A program made the position numbers and the translations under genes. The notes under the pieces are model-generated. The model was not told the DNA's origin. It ran no database searches and worked only from the letters and a program-made list of their open reading frames with translations. Below, one piece after another: positions 1 to 8,105 of a stretch of DNA of 50,006 nucleotides. Position 1 is the first letter of the stretch; each line of letters opens with the position of its first letter. The stretch lies in assembly GCA_964454285.1 (NCBI GenBank), contig CAYVSW010000001.1:1-50006 (forward strand). The letters run 5' to 3'. The DNA comes from an uncultured Candidatus Saccharibacteria bacterium. GTDB lineage: Bacteria > Patescibacteriota > Minisyncoccia > Phycocordibacterales > UBA9973.

Positions 1-378
1 AAAGAAGTACGCCGCAGAATACTTGTCGGTACGTATGTACTCTCACATGGCTACTATGACGCATACTACAACAAAGCAGTCGCACTTCGCGAGATAATTA
101 AAGACGAGCTCAAAAATGTTTTAGAGGGGTACGATGGTGTGCTCACCCCGACTACGCCAAGTCCAGCATTCAAAATAGGAGAAAAAGTAAATGATCCACT
201 CGCGATGTATCTCTCAGATCTTTTCACTGTGCCGGCAAATATCGCGCAGCACCCAGCAATATCAGTACCATCTGGTACTACAAAGACAGGGCTCCCGCTC
301 GGTGTACAGTTTATCGGACCGCAATATGGCGAAGAAATACTTTTTGCACTTGGCAAAATGGTAGAAAGTGTACGATAA
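1..378 (+). CDS. gatA: Glutamyl-tRNA(Gln) amidotransferase subunit A, C-terminal part (5' end outside window)
   Basis: Frame 1 is open from base 1. Translation ...SHGYYDAYYNKA...FTVPANIAQHPAISVPSG...GLPLGVQFIGPQYGEE matches the conserved GatA/amidase C-terminus. Stop TAA at 376-378. Confidence 0.85.
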   Translation, partial: KEVRRRILVGTYVLSHGYYDAYYNKAVALREIIKDELKNVLEGYDGVLTPTTPSPAFKIGEKVNDPLAMYLSDLFTVPANIAQHPAISVPSGTTKTGLPLGVQFIGPQYGEEILFALGKMVESVR

Positions 379-385
379 TACATAC

Positions 386-979
386 ATGGACGCAGTAGCA
401 ACTATTCCACAGCAACCAGTATTCTTTAATCTTGAATATTTCTTTTTTCTTGCGTACAAAAATACCGCAGGATTCTTTAATCATATTTTTTCTGAGCAAT
501 TTTTTCACACGCTTCAGATAGTTGCGACAATACTCGTAATACTACTCATCACTGGGATACTATATTTGCTTGTGCTTCTGTATGAGTTCAAGTATGGTGG
601 CGCCGCAAAGAAAAAAGAAGCTGCTCCAGAGGCAGCACCTGCAGTAGGGCTCATACCTGCAAAAAATGAAACATGGGAGAAGATTCGCACCAAGGTACTC
701 TCTGACACTCCGAGTGAATGGCGTATTGGGATTATCGAGGCAGACATATATCTCGACAAATCGCTCGATCTCCTCGGCTACTATGGTGATACATTGGGAG
801 ACAAATTGAAGAAAATGACAGAAACCCAGCTCCCGTCTATTCAGCTCGCATGGAGCGCACACAAAGTACGTAATATGATTGCACACGAAGGGGGCGACTT
901 TGTGCTCACTATGCCAGAAGCACGCCGTACACTTTCGTATTATGAAATAGTATTTCGTGAATTGGGGCTGATTGACTAA
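386..979 (+). CDS. Hypothetical membrane protein (one central TM helix, charged Ala/Pro linker, soluble C-terminal domain)
   Basis: Long ORF. First ATG after the gatA stop is at 386 (the track starts at GTG 368, overlapping gatA). TM segment IVATILVILLITGILYLLVLL. No recognisable family. Confidence 0.5.
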   Translation: MDAVATIPQQPVFFNLEYFFFLAYKNTAGFFNHIFSEQFFHTLQIVATILVILLITGILYLLVLLYEFKYGGAAKKKEAAPEAAPAVGLIPAKNETWEKIRTKVLSDTPSEWRIGIIEADIYLDKSLDLLGYYGDTLGDKLKKMTETQLPSIQLAWSAHKVRNMIAHEGGDFVLTMPEARRTLSYYEIVFRELGLID

Positions 980-1000
980 AAGATGTTGATTTTGTATACT
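972..1000 (+). promoter_or_regulatory. Sigma70-like promoter for the tRNA cluster (TTGACT-17 nt-TATACT)
   Basis: ttgact at 972-977 and tatact at 995-1000 with a 17-nt spacer, about 25 nt upstream of tRNA-fMet. Confidence 0.5.
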
Positions 1001-1024
1001 GCGCGAGTTAATTAAATAATATAC

Positions 1025-1095
1025 CGCGGGGTAGAGAAGTGGTATCTCGTAAGGCTCATAACCTTAAGACCTAGGTTCGATTCCTAGCCCCGCAA
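1025..1095 (+). tRNA. tRNA-fMet (CAU), initiator type
   Basis: Hand-folded 71-nt cloverleaf. Acceptor CGCGGGG/CCCCGCA gives the C1xA72 mismatch; A11:U24 is in the D stem; anticodon loop CTCATAA; T loop TTCGATT. Only 2 of the usual 3 G-C pairs close the anticodon stem. Confidence 0.85.
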
Positions 1096-1154
1096 CATTC
1101 GACAGGTGACATGTCTTCATGAGTTGTTGCAGGTTGAAAGAACAGAGGAAACTT

Positions 1155-1228
1155 GTCGGCGTAGCTCAGCTGGTTAGAGCGTAGCACTCATAACGCTAAG
1201 GTCGGTGGATCGTGCCCACCCGTCGACA
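1155..1228 (+). tRNA. tRNA-Met (CAU) elongator, or tRNA-Ile2 (lysidine-modified CAU)
   Basis: 74-nt cloverleaf. Acceptor GTCGGCG/CGTCGAC (one G-U), D arm GCTC/GAGC, anticodon loop CTCATAA, T arm GGTGG-ATCGTGC-CCACC (non-canonical loop). Confidence 0.75.
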
Positions 1229-1230
1229 CC

Positions 1231-1252
1231 TTGCAATCTGAGAAGATTGCAA
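1231..1252 (+). other. Perfect 9-bp hairpin with GAGA loop directly 3' of the tRNA (processing or terminator-like element)
   Basis: ttgcaatct-gaga-agattgcaa. Confidence 0.5.
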
Positions 1253-1281
1253 TACAATACAAGCATTGCAAGAAAAGAATA

Positions 1282-1446
1282 CTTGCAGACTGTAAGCTAA
1301 AGCTTCCGTTTGCGGCGTTCGGACTATGTGTATAAATATGCTATATTTATACACAAGCTCCTCACTTGCAGACGTAAGCAAAAGCTTGCATCTGCTGCAT
1401 TCGGACGACACAAACAAATATGTTATATTTGTTTACACGATCCTCA
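1282..1446 (+). repeat. Two tandem units of about 83 nt, each starting with a copy of the tRNA-Asp 5' end and each containing two hairpins
   Basis: Units at 1282-1364 and 1365-1446 both begin cttgcagac(t)gtaagc; the tRNA-Asp 5' end is gcagacgtagc. They share ...ttcggac...tcctca. Internal AT hairpins at 1327-1355 (13 bp) and 1412-1434 (10 bp) differ in sequence but keep their pairing. The third register (1447) is the real tRNA-Asp. Confidence 0.8.
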
Positions 1447-1449
1447 TTT

Positions 1450-1523
1450 GCAGACGTAGCTCAACTGGTTAGAGCACCCGCCTGTCACGCGGGAGGTTAC
1501 GGGTTCAAGTCCCGCCGTTTGCG
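1450..1523 (+). tRNA. tRNA-Asp (GUC)
   Basis: 74-nt cloverleaf. Acceptor GCAGACG/CGTTTGC, anticodon stem CCCGC/GCGGG with loop CTGTCAC, T loop TTCAAGT. Confidence 0.9.
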
Positions 1524-1623
1524 CAAAACAAAATGCCCTAGCACACGCTAGAGTATTTTGTTTTCTGAGTTAGAAAAAGACTCACGAGACTTTTATTATC
1601 CTTTTAATTTTAAAAAAATTTTT

Positions 1624-2259
1624 ATGGCACATGACGAATTATTGCAAGTAGTAGATCAAGAAAATGGCGAGCCGACAGGCGAGCTCGTACCACGTAGTGT
1701 GCTTATCCGCGACCGCCTTTGGTGTCGCACTACAAATATTTTTATACTCAATGAAAAAGGTGAGATTCTTTGCCATGAGCGCTCAAAAAACAAAGAGCGT
1801 TTCCCGGGGGCATGGTCTACACACTTTGGTGGGCACGTCGTAGAAGGTGAATCTTTTAAAATTGGCGCGCTTAAGGAACTCGAAGAAGAGCTTGGACTTA
1901 ATGTAAATGCGTTCCAGCTCATCGCATGGCGCACTAGTAAAAAAGACGTCTCTCGTATTTGGGTACGTGATTTTATCACTATGTACACCGGCAGTATCGA
2001 CGACCTCGTACTTCAGAAATCAGAAATAGAGTCAGTACGATGGATGAATGCACAGGATATTCTCGCAGAGCTTGATTCAGAAGGTGAGCGCGAAGAGGAG
2101 AGTGTGGAATGGCTCGCAGGGACACATGATTTCAATGCGGATTACCAGTGTATGCGCGCAGTACTCACCGCTACAATCGACGCTGGGATCTTTGCTGGCG
2201 ACCTCAAATCACTCAAATCATGGCACCCACCACGATACGATGCGCGCAACCAAAACTAG
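1624..2259 (+). CDS. Nudix hydrolase family protein
   Basis: Nudix box GGHVVEGESFKIGALKELEEELGL (GX5EX7[RK]EUXEEXGU). ATG 1624 is preferred over 1558, which lies inside the hairpin that follows tRNA-Asp. Confidence 0.8.
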   Translation: MAHDELLQVVDQENGEPTGELVPRSVLIRDRLWCRTTNIFILNEKGEILCHERSKNKERFPGAWSTHFGGHVVEGESFKIGALKELEEELGLNVNAFQLIAWRTSKKDVSRIWVRDFITMYTGSIDDLVLQKSEIESVRWMNAQDILAELDSEGEREEESVEWLAGTHDFNADYQCMRAVLTATIDAGIFAGDLKSLKSWHPPRYDARNQN

Positions 2260-2268
2260 CTCAAAATA

Positions 2269-2297
2269 TTGACATATATAGTCCCTTGTGCTATACT
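2269..2297 (+). promoter_or_regulatory. Sigma70-like promoter with extended -10 (TTGACA-17-TGcTATACT)
   Basis: ttgaca at 2269-2274, tgctatact at 2289-2297, upstream of the DEAD-box helicase. Confidence 0.6.
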
Positions 2298-2369
2298 CAA
2301 AACGTTCGAAAATTAATTAAATAATTTCTCTTAGTATCATTGTAGTGCAAGCTTGTGTGATCGATAGAG

Positions 2370-3761
2370 ATGCACAAAAACACAATGTATACAAACACTC
2401 GAAATGGCTCGGGCGGCGCTAGTCGTGGCCCCCGTCGTTTTTCAACAAAATCAGATAATTCAGCATCAGGAGGTAGTCCACGGTTTGTCCGTTCTGGTGC
2501 GTATTCGCCAGCTGCTGCACAGAGTGCTCGCGCAGCACGTAGCGAGTCTTTTGGTGATGCTCCACGTCGTTCATACGGTGGTGGACGATCATCATTTGGC
2601 GGCGGCTCACGCTTTGGCGGTAGTAGTAATCGTGGTGGTGGGCGTCGCTCTGGCGCACGCAAAGACTTTATTGATGTAAATAAATTCATCAACAAAGCAA
2701 TTCCAAAAGAAGAAGATGTATATGTAGCGAAGCATACTTTTGCAGACTTTACGACAAGTGGCATCATGCTTGGTAATCTCAGTGCAAAAGGGATCACTAT
2801 TCCTTCACCTATCCAAGACCAGGCTATCCCGGTAGCAAATACTGGTGTAGATGTGATCGGTATTGCAAGTACTGGTACTGGTAAGACTATTGCCTTTCTT
2901 GTACCACTTATAAACAAACTTATGAAAGATCGCACCCAAAAGGTGATGATCCTCGCACCGACCCGTGAGCTCGCACAACAGATCGAAGGGGAATTCCGCA
3001 TCTTTGCAAAAGGTATGCGCCTCTTTAGTGTCTCTTGTGTTGGGGGCTCACCAATCAATCGCCAGATCAGCGAGCTCGCTCGTGGGGTGAATGTGGTGAT
3101 AGGTACTCCAGGCCGTATCAAAGATTTGATCGACCGCAACAAGATAGATATGACAGAATTTCACAGTATTGTCCTCGACGAAGCAGACCGTATGCTAGAT
3201 ATGGGATTCATCGATGATATGCGATATATTCTCGCAAATATGCCGACTACTCGCCAAGGATTATTTTTCTCTGCGACATTTTCTCCAGATATCAAAAGAC
3301 TTTGTACAGACTTTTTGAATGATCCAGTTACTATTACTATCCCATCTCGCGATACTGCTTCATCAGTAGATCAAAATGTAGTGCGTGTCATCGACCGTGC
3401 AAAAAAGATCGAGCAGCTTCACGATATCCTCACACAGCCAGAAGCGCACAAAGTGCTCATCTTCCGTGAGACAAAGCGTAGTGTAGATGATCTCGCAGAC
3501 GAGCTCCAGGCTCGTGGCTTCAAGGCGCTCGCACTCCATGGCGACATGCGCAACCGTGAGCGTGAGCGTGCGGTACGCGCACTTGCGACAGGTGATGCTC
3601 ATATCGTGATTGCGACAGACGTTGCAGCTCGCGGTATCGATATCGCAGATATCTCACACGTGATCAACTACGATACGCCTTCGACATACGATACCTACGT
3701 ACACCGCATCGGTCGTACCGGACGTGGTACAAAGACTGGTATCGCGCTTACATTTGTATAA
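2370..3761 (+). CDS. DEAD-box ATP-dependent RNA helicase with an N-terminal Arg/Gly/Ser-rich extension
   Basis: Motifs ASTGTGKT (I), PTRELA (Ia), DEAD (VLDEADRMLD), SAT (FSATF), HRIGRTGRG (VI). The first roughly 100 aa are RGG/SFGG-rich. Confidence 0.92.
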   Translation: MHKNTMYTNTRNGSGGASRGPRRFSTKSDNSASGGSPRFVRSGAYSPAAAQSARAARSESFGDAPRRSYGGGRSSFGGGSRFGGSSNRGGGRRSGARKDFIDVNKFINKAIPKEEDVYVAKHTFADFTTSGIMLGNLSAKGITIPSPIQDQAIPVANTGVDVIGIASTGTGKTIAFLVPLINKLMKDRTQKVMILAPTRELAQQIEGEFRIFAKGMRLFSVSCVGGSPINRQISELARGVNVVIGTPGRIKDLIDRNKIDMTEFHSIVLDEADRMLDMGFIDDMRYILANMPTTRQGLFFSATFSPDIKRLCTDFLNDPVTITIPSRDTASSVDQNVVRVIDRAKKIEQLHDILTQPEAHKVLIFRETKRSVDDLADELQARGFKALALHGDMRNRERERAVRALATGDAHIVIATDVAARGIDIADISHVINYDTPSTYDTYVHRIGRTGRGTKTGIALTFV

Positions 3762-3766
3762 TAGTT

Positions 3767-3775
3767 TGCTATAAT
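3767..3775 (+). promoter_or_regulatory. Extended -10 element TGCTATAAT
   Basis: tgctataat ends 11 nt before ATG 3787. Confidence 0.45.
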
Positions 3776-3786
3776 AGGCTTCTACT

Positions 3787-4158
3787 ATGAAATGGGCCAA
3801 AAAGACAATCTATAGACGCATCGCTGATATTATATTTATTTTTCATATACTAGTATTACTGACAATACTACTCGGCTGGTGGGTATTCCCACAATCATTA
3901 CTATGGGTATCTCAGGCGACAGTATTGCTTACGATTGTATTTGGTCTACTCAATAGAGGAGTATGTATTCTCACGCAATACGAATGGCGTTTTCGTCGCA
4001 AGTATTCACAAGAGGAATTCAAAGACACAGTGTTTCTCCCATTCTACATACGCAAATATTTTAAAAAGAATCCGAGTGAACGATTTTTTAATCGTCTTAC
4101 ACTTGCATTTCTTTTTTTGGCGCTCTGTATAAATATATATTTACTTTTTGTGTACTAG
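3787..4158 (+). CDS. Small integral membrane protein (DUF2784-like by recollection)
   Basis: Three hydrophobic helices. The motif GVCILTQYEWRFRRK resembles the CPLT..E..LR signature I recall for DUF2784. Confidence 0.55.
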   Translation: MKWAKKTIYRRIADIIFIFHILVLLTILLGWWVFPQSLLWVSQATVLLTIVFGLLNRGVCILTQYEWRFRRKYSQEEFKDTVFLPFYIRKYFKKNPSERFFNRLTLAFLFLALCINIYLLFVY

Positions 4159-4189
4159 TATAGTATAGTGCTACGCGTATAGCGTACGC

Positions 4190-4261
4190 GCCGTCTTGGC
4201 TCAGTGGTAGAGCACGTTCTTGGTAAGAACGAGGTCATGGGTCCGATTCCCATAGACGGCT
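4190..4261 (+). tRNA. tRNA-Thr (GGU)
   Basis: 72-nt cloverleaf. Acceptor GCCGTCT/AGACGGC, anticodon stem CGTTC/GAACG with loop TTGGTAA, T arm ATGGG-TCCGATT-CCCAT. Confidence 0.88.
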
Positions 4262-4304
4262 CAATTTTGATTTTTTCTAACTTTTGTGATATAGTTTGCG
4301 TCTT

Positions 4305-6110
4305 ATGGAAATACGAAATATTGCGATTATCGCCCATGTGGACCATGGAAAAACAACATTAACAGACAAAATGCTTGCATTCTGCGGAGAGGTACTTGAT
4401 GGTGCTTCTATGGACTCAAATGCGATCGAACAAGAGCGCGGTATCACTATCTATGCAAAGAACACTGCGGTAAATTATAAAGGAACAAAGATCAACATTG
4501 TGGACACACCAGGACACGCGGACTTCGGTAGTGAAGTTGAGCGCGTGCTCCGCTCTATCGACTCTGTGCTCCTCATTGTAGACGCCCAAGAAGGTCCTAT
4601 GCCACAAACTCGTTTCGTATTGAAAAAATCTCTAGAGCTTGGCCTCAAGCCAATCGTGGTGATCAACAAAATCGACAAGCCTGGGTCTAACTGCGCTGAG
4701 ACTCACGATGCGGTATTTGAGCTCTTCCTTGAGCTCGGGGCAACAGATGAGCAGCTCGACTTTACTACGGTATATGCTATCGGCCGTGATGGTGTAGCAA
4801 TGCGCGCAGAGGGTGATGAGAAAAAAGATCTCGCACCGCTCTTTGATACTATCCTCGAAAAAGTGCCAGTGGCAGCAAACGACACTTCAAAGGTGTTTCG
4901 TATGCAGGCATTCAACCTCGCATATGACAACTTCCTTGGGCGTCTCGCTGTGGGCCGTGTATACGAAGGTGTCGCAAAAGTTGGCGAGACCGTATACATC
5001 AAGTCTGGTGGTAGTGCAGACCGCACCGCAAAGATCGTGAAGCTATTTACATTCCACGGTATGAAGCGCGACGAAGTGTGTGAAGCAGTAGCAGGAGACA
5101 TCGTGATGATCGCAGGTATCCCAGACATCTTTATCGGAGAGACTATCAGTACAAATAAAGACGCAGAGCTCCTCCCAGCTATCTCTATCGACGAGCCAAC
5201 TATCGTTTTGGACTTCTTGGTCAACAACTCACCATTTGCTGGAAAAGAAGGGAAGTTTGTTACTTCTCGCCAGATCCGTGAGCGTCTCGAAAAAGAGCTC
5301 GAGGTAAACGTAGGGCTCAAAGTAGACTTTACTCCAAATGAAAATCGCATTGCAGAAGGCTTCACAGTGTTTGGTCGTGGAGAAATGCACATTGCAGTGC
5401 TCCTCGAAAACATGCGTCGTGAAGGGTACGAGGTACAGATCTCTCAGCCGCAGGTTATCATCAAAGATATCGACGGCGTAAAGAGCGAGCCATTTGAAGA
5501 AGTGACTATCGATGCACCAAATGAATTCCAAGGGGTGATCATCGAAAAGCTCGGTATGCGTGGTTTTATCATGGCAGATATGAAAGTAGGCGAAAATACT
5601 ACTCGTATGGTATTTACAGGGCCAACTCGTGGCCTCCTCGGATACCGCAACCAATTCCTCGTAGATACAAAGGGTGAGGGGATCATGTCTGCTCGCGTGC
5701 TCGGCTTCCAGAAATACGCAGGTGAGATCACTCGCCGCAATGTGGGATCTATGGTCTCTATGGAAAGTGGCAAGGCACTCGCATTTGCACTCTGGGGACT
5801 CCAGGATCGTGGTACACTCTACATCGGTCCACAGACAGAAGTGTATGAAGGTATGGTGATTGGTAATACTTCAAAGGGTGAAGAAATGAAAGTAAACCCT
5901 ACCAAAGGAAAACAGCTCACCAACATGCGTGCCTCTGGTACTGATGAAGCGGTGAATGTGATCCCCGCATGGACTATGACTATCGAGCGCGGGCTTGAAG
6001 TCATGGTGGATGATGAATTCCTAGAAATCACACCGCTCTCTGTACGTCTCCGAAAACAATTCCTCACTGAGACAGATCGCGCAAGAGCACGCCGTCCAAA
6101 GAATCAATAA
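4305..6110 (+). CDS. typA: Translational GTPase TypA/BipA
   Basis: N-terminus [24 protein letters not shown], then DTPGHADF and NKIDK GTPase motifs. Length is about 600 aa. ATG 4305 is preferred to TTG 4296. Confidence 0.93.
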   Translation: MEIRNIAIIAHVDHGKTTLTDKMLAFCGEVLDGASMDSNAIEQERGITIYAKNTAVNYKGTKINIVDTPGHADFGSEVERVLRSIDSVLLIVDAQEGPMPQTRFVLKKSLELGLKPIVVINKIDKPGSNCAETHDAVFELFLELGATDEQLDFTTVYAIGRDGVAMRAEGDEKKDLAPLFDTILEKVPVAANDTSKVFRMQAFNLAYDNFLGRLAVGRVYEGVAKVGETVYIKSGGSADRTAKIVKLFTFHGMKRDEVCEAVAGDIVMIAGIPDIFIGETISTNKDAELLPAISIDEPTIVLDFLVNNSPFAGKEGKFVTSRQIRERLEKELEVNVGLKVDFTPNENRIAEGFTVFGRGEMHIAVLLENMRREGYEVQISQPQVIIKDIDGVKSEPFEEVTIDAPNEFQGVIIEKLGMRGFIMADMKVGENTTRMVFTGPTRGLLGYRNQFLVDTKGEGIMSARVLGFQKYAGEITRRNVGSMVSMESGKALAFALWGLQDRGTLYIGPQTEVYEGMVIGNTSKGEEMKVNPTKGKQLTNMRASGTDEAVNVIPAWTMTIERGLEVMVDDEFLEITPLSVRLRKQFLTETDRARARRPKNQ

Positions 6111-6115
6111 TAAAA

Positions 6116-6148
6116 TAAAAATCCCTCATATAAATGGAGGGATTTTTA
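6116..6148 (+). terminator. Rho-independent terminator after typA
   Basis: aaaaatccctc-atataaatg-gagggattttt. Confidence 0.7.
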
Positions 6149-6164
6149 GAGTATACTAAAACAT

Positions 6165-6872
6165 ATGAACGAAAAACGCCTCAAAGAATTTTGGAATCAA
6201 GAATACAAAGACCCGACTATGTTTCTCCTTTCGGAGGAAGTGAGTACAGACTTGGTCAAATTTTGCCGCTGGATGCTCAAAGAATACGGCAAAGACGCGC
6301 TCCGCTCTGAAATATCTGTACTCGACGCTGGCTGCGGCAATGGGCGCAACTTGCTCTGGATGAATCGTGAATTCGGCATCAATGGCTTTGGTTACGATAT
6401 TTCAGACGAGGGTATCAGACAGGCGCAGACTCAGGCCGCAAAGCAAAAGTACGGCGGCAAGCTCGTATTCAAGGTGCACTCAGTAGGAGACACTATTCCG
6501 CTCGAGGATGAATCTGTAGATGTGGTACTCGATATGATGGCGAGCCACTTTTTGAAAAACAAAGAGCGTGAGCAATTTATCAAAGAGGTAGCACGCGTGC
6601 TCAAGCCACAAGGTGTGCTCTTTTTCAAGTCTTTTTATATGGAGCGCGATGGCCACACCAAGGCCCTCCTTGCTCAGAACCCGTCTGACGAAAAAAATGC
6701 ATACATACATCCCAAGCTCGGCGTATACGAATACGTATGGGAAGATGCGACCCTCGAAGAATCTTTTGGAAAAGATTTTATCTGCATGAAAAAGGAAGCT
6801 TCACACAAGCACCACATCAAGGGCAAGCCCGCGCGCCGCAGATCTGTGGTGTGCTATTTTGAGAAAAAGTAG
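6165..6872 (+). CDS. Class I SAM-dependent methyltransferase
   Basis: Motif I VLDAGCGNGRN, post-I acidic GYDISD, motif II/III VDVVLDM...LKPQGVLFF. Confidence 0.8.
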   Translation: MNEKRLKEFWNQEYKDPTMFLLSEEVSTDLVKFCRWMLKEYGKDALRSEISVLDAGCGNGRNLLWMNREFGINGFGYDISDEGIRQAQTQAAKQKYGGKLVFKVHSVGDTIPLEDESVDVVLDMMASHFLKNKEREQFIKEVARVLKPQGVLFFKSFYMERDGHTKALLAQNPSDEKNAYIHPKLGVYEYVWEDATLEESFGKDFICMKKEASHKHHIKGKPARRRSVVCYFEKK

Positions 6873-6886
6873 AGAATAGAGAAAAA

Positions 6887-6928
6887 AATAAAGCTTCTGT
6901 ATATTATAAAAATAATGGAAGCTTTATT
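6887..6928. terminator. Stem-loop between convergent genes (11-bp stem, 20-nt loop)
   Basis: aataaagcttc ... gaagctttatt. Confidence 0.4.
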
Positions 6929-7142
6929 GGTGTTGTGCTATAGATTTTTGAATTTCAAAAATCTGTTTACGAAAATGTTCTTCACCAAAAATATGCAATT
7001 CTTTTAAGATGATTAGGCATGCAGCCTTGAGGCTGCCGGTATCTGTAATTGTTTTTAATTGCTCTATTTGGCTTTGGATAAAACTTTTTCGTTTTCTTTT
7101 TTCAATAGCACGTTTTGCGAGGTATTTAATTAGCCAGTTCAT
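6924..7142 (-). CDS. Hypothetical small helical protein
   Basis: 72-aa ORF that fills the gap. No motif recognised. Confidence 0.35.
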   Translation of the reverse strand: MNWLIKYLAKRAIEKRKRKSFIQSQIEQLKTITDTGSLKAACLIILKELHIFGEEHFRKQIFEIQKSIAQHQ

Positions 7143-7172
7143 ATATTACTATTTTCTAAATTGTCTTCTTTT

Positions 7173-7181
7173 TGCTATAGT
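7173..7181 (+). promoter_or_regulatory. Extended -10 element TGCTATAGT
   Basis: Ends 9 nt before ATG 7191. Confidence 0.45.
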
Positions 7182-7190
7182 TTGTCAATC

Positions 7191-8063
7191 ATGCCTAAGG
7201 AAGTCATACAAAACCGCATACTAGAGATAGAAGCCGCGATGGGGCAGGCGGATTTTTGGAATGACAAAAATCTAGCGCAGGCGCAGATCAAAGAGCTCAA
7301 GGATTTGCAAAATGATTTGCTCGGCAGCGCAAAGTACGACAAAGGGAACGCTGTCATGAATATTTTTGCAGGTGCAGGCGGGGATGATGCAGAGGATTTT
7401 GTAGGGATACTGCTCCACATGTATACAAAATTTGCCGAGAAAAATAATTTTGGTATTTCGTATATCGATGAAAACCAAAACGACCATGGGGGGTATAGAA
7501 ATATCAGCTTCGAAGTATCTGGCAAGAATGCATACGGTACACTCAAAGGCGAGAGCGGTGTGCATCGCCTCGTGCGTATCAGCCCATTTAATGCAGCCGG
7601 TAAGCGCCAGACGTCTTTTGTGCTCGTAGAGGTAGTACCAGACTTTTCAAAAGAAAAGCAAACAGAAATAGAGATCCCCGAAAGCGAGCTTGATATTTCA
7701 TTTGCACGAGCTGGCGGCCCCGGCGGCCAAAATGTAAACAAACGCGAGACAGCGGTGCGTATCGTGCACAAGTCTACAGGTCTCTCTGTGCATGCGACCA
7801 ACGAGCGCAGCCAGGAGCAAAATAAACAACGCGCACTCTCTATACTCCAGGCAAAATTGTACAAAGTCCGCGAAGACGAGCGCATAGCACGCGAGGCAGG
7901 CATGGCAATATCAAAGACCACAGACATAGAATGGGGTAATCAAATGCGCAGCTACACGCTCCACCCATACAAGCTGATCAAAGACCACAAGACTGGTATA
8001 GAGACAGGGGATACAGAGGGGGTACTGGAGCGCGGAAATATAGATATTTTTATACAACAATAA
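7191..8063 (+). CDS. prfB: Peptide chain release factor 2, N-terminally short, no programmed frameshift
   Basis: SPF tripeptide (RISPFNAAGKRQTSF) and GGQ (AGGPGGQNVNK). ATG 7191 (MPKEVIQ...) is preferred to TTG 7161. Confidence 0.9.
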   Translation: MPKEVIQNRILEIEAAMGQADFWNDKNLAQAQIKELKDLQNDLLGSAKYDKGNAVMNIFAGAGGDDAEDFVGILLHMYTKFAEKNNFGISYIDENQNDHGGYRNISFEVSGKNAYGTLKGESGVHRLVRISPFNAAGKRQTSFVLVEVVPDFSKEKQTEIEIPESELDISFARAGGPGGQNVNKRETAVRIVHKSTGLSVHATNERSQEQNKQRALSILQAKLYKVREDERIAREAGMAISKTTDIEWGNQMRSYTLHPYKLIKDHKTGIETGDTEGVLERGNIDIFIQQ

Positions 8064-8088
8064 ATCCACACCCTGGGCCTTTGAGATA

Positions 8089-8097
8089 TGCTATAAT
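8089..8097 (+). promoter_or_regulatory. Extended -10 element TGCTATAAT
   Basis: Ends 8 nt before ATG 8106. Confidence 0.45.
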
Positions 8098-8105
8098 AGA
8101 AGCTC

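Noticed and set aside
1196-1417. 73-aa minus-strand ORF across the tRNA spacer
   Set aside because: It overlaps tRNA(CAU) and the tandem structured repeats, and is better explained as non-coding RNA or spacer.
1282-1449. Possible CRISPR array (repeated units near the tRNAs)
   Set aside because: There are only two or three contiguous 83-nt units with no unique spacers between them. Each unit starts with a tRNA-Asp 5' copy, so this is a tandem duplication and not a repeat-spacer array. No CRISPR-like array or cas gene was seen anywhere in the window.
2297-3142. 281-aa minus-strand ORF (plus 2404-2679 and 2419-2658) overlapping the DEAD-box helicase 5' region
   Set aside because: It is a shadow of the GC-rich RGG-coding repeat. 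The product is low-complexity P/R/S-rich, and the plus-strand frame carries unmistakable helicase motifs.
4703-5773. Minus-strand ORFs of 236, 141 and 109 aa inside typA
   Set aside because: They are antisense to a highly conserved GTPase, have no motifs, and show the Ser/Arg-rich composition typical of reverse frames.
7100-7200. Programmed +1 frameshift site (CTT TGA C) for prfB
   Set aside because: No such motif and no upstream RF2-like frame were found. The region is a promoter plus a divergent small ORF.
7175-7927. 250-aa minus-strand ORF covering prfB
   Set aside because: It is antisense to RF2, which has the SPF and GGQ motifs, so it is a shadow ORF.
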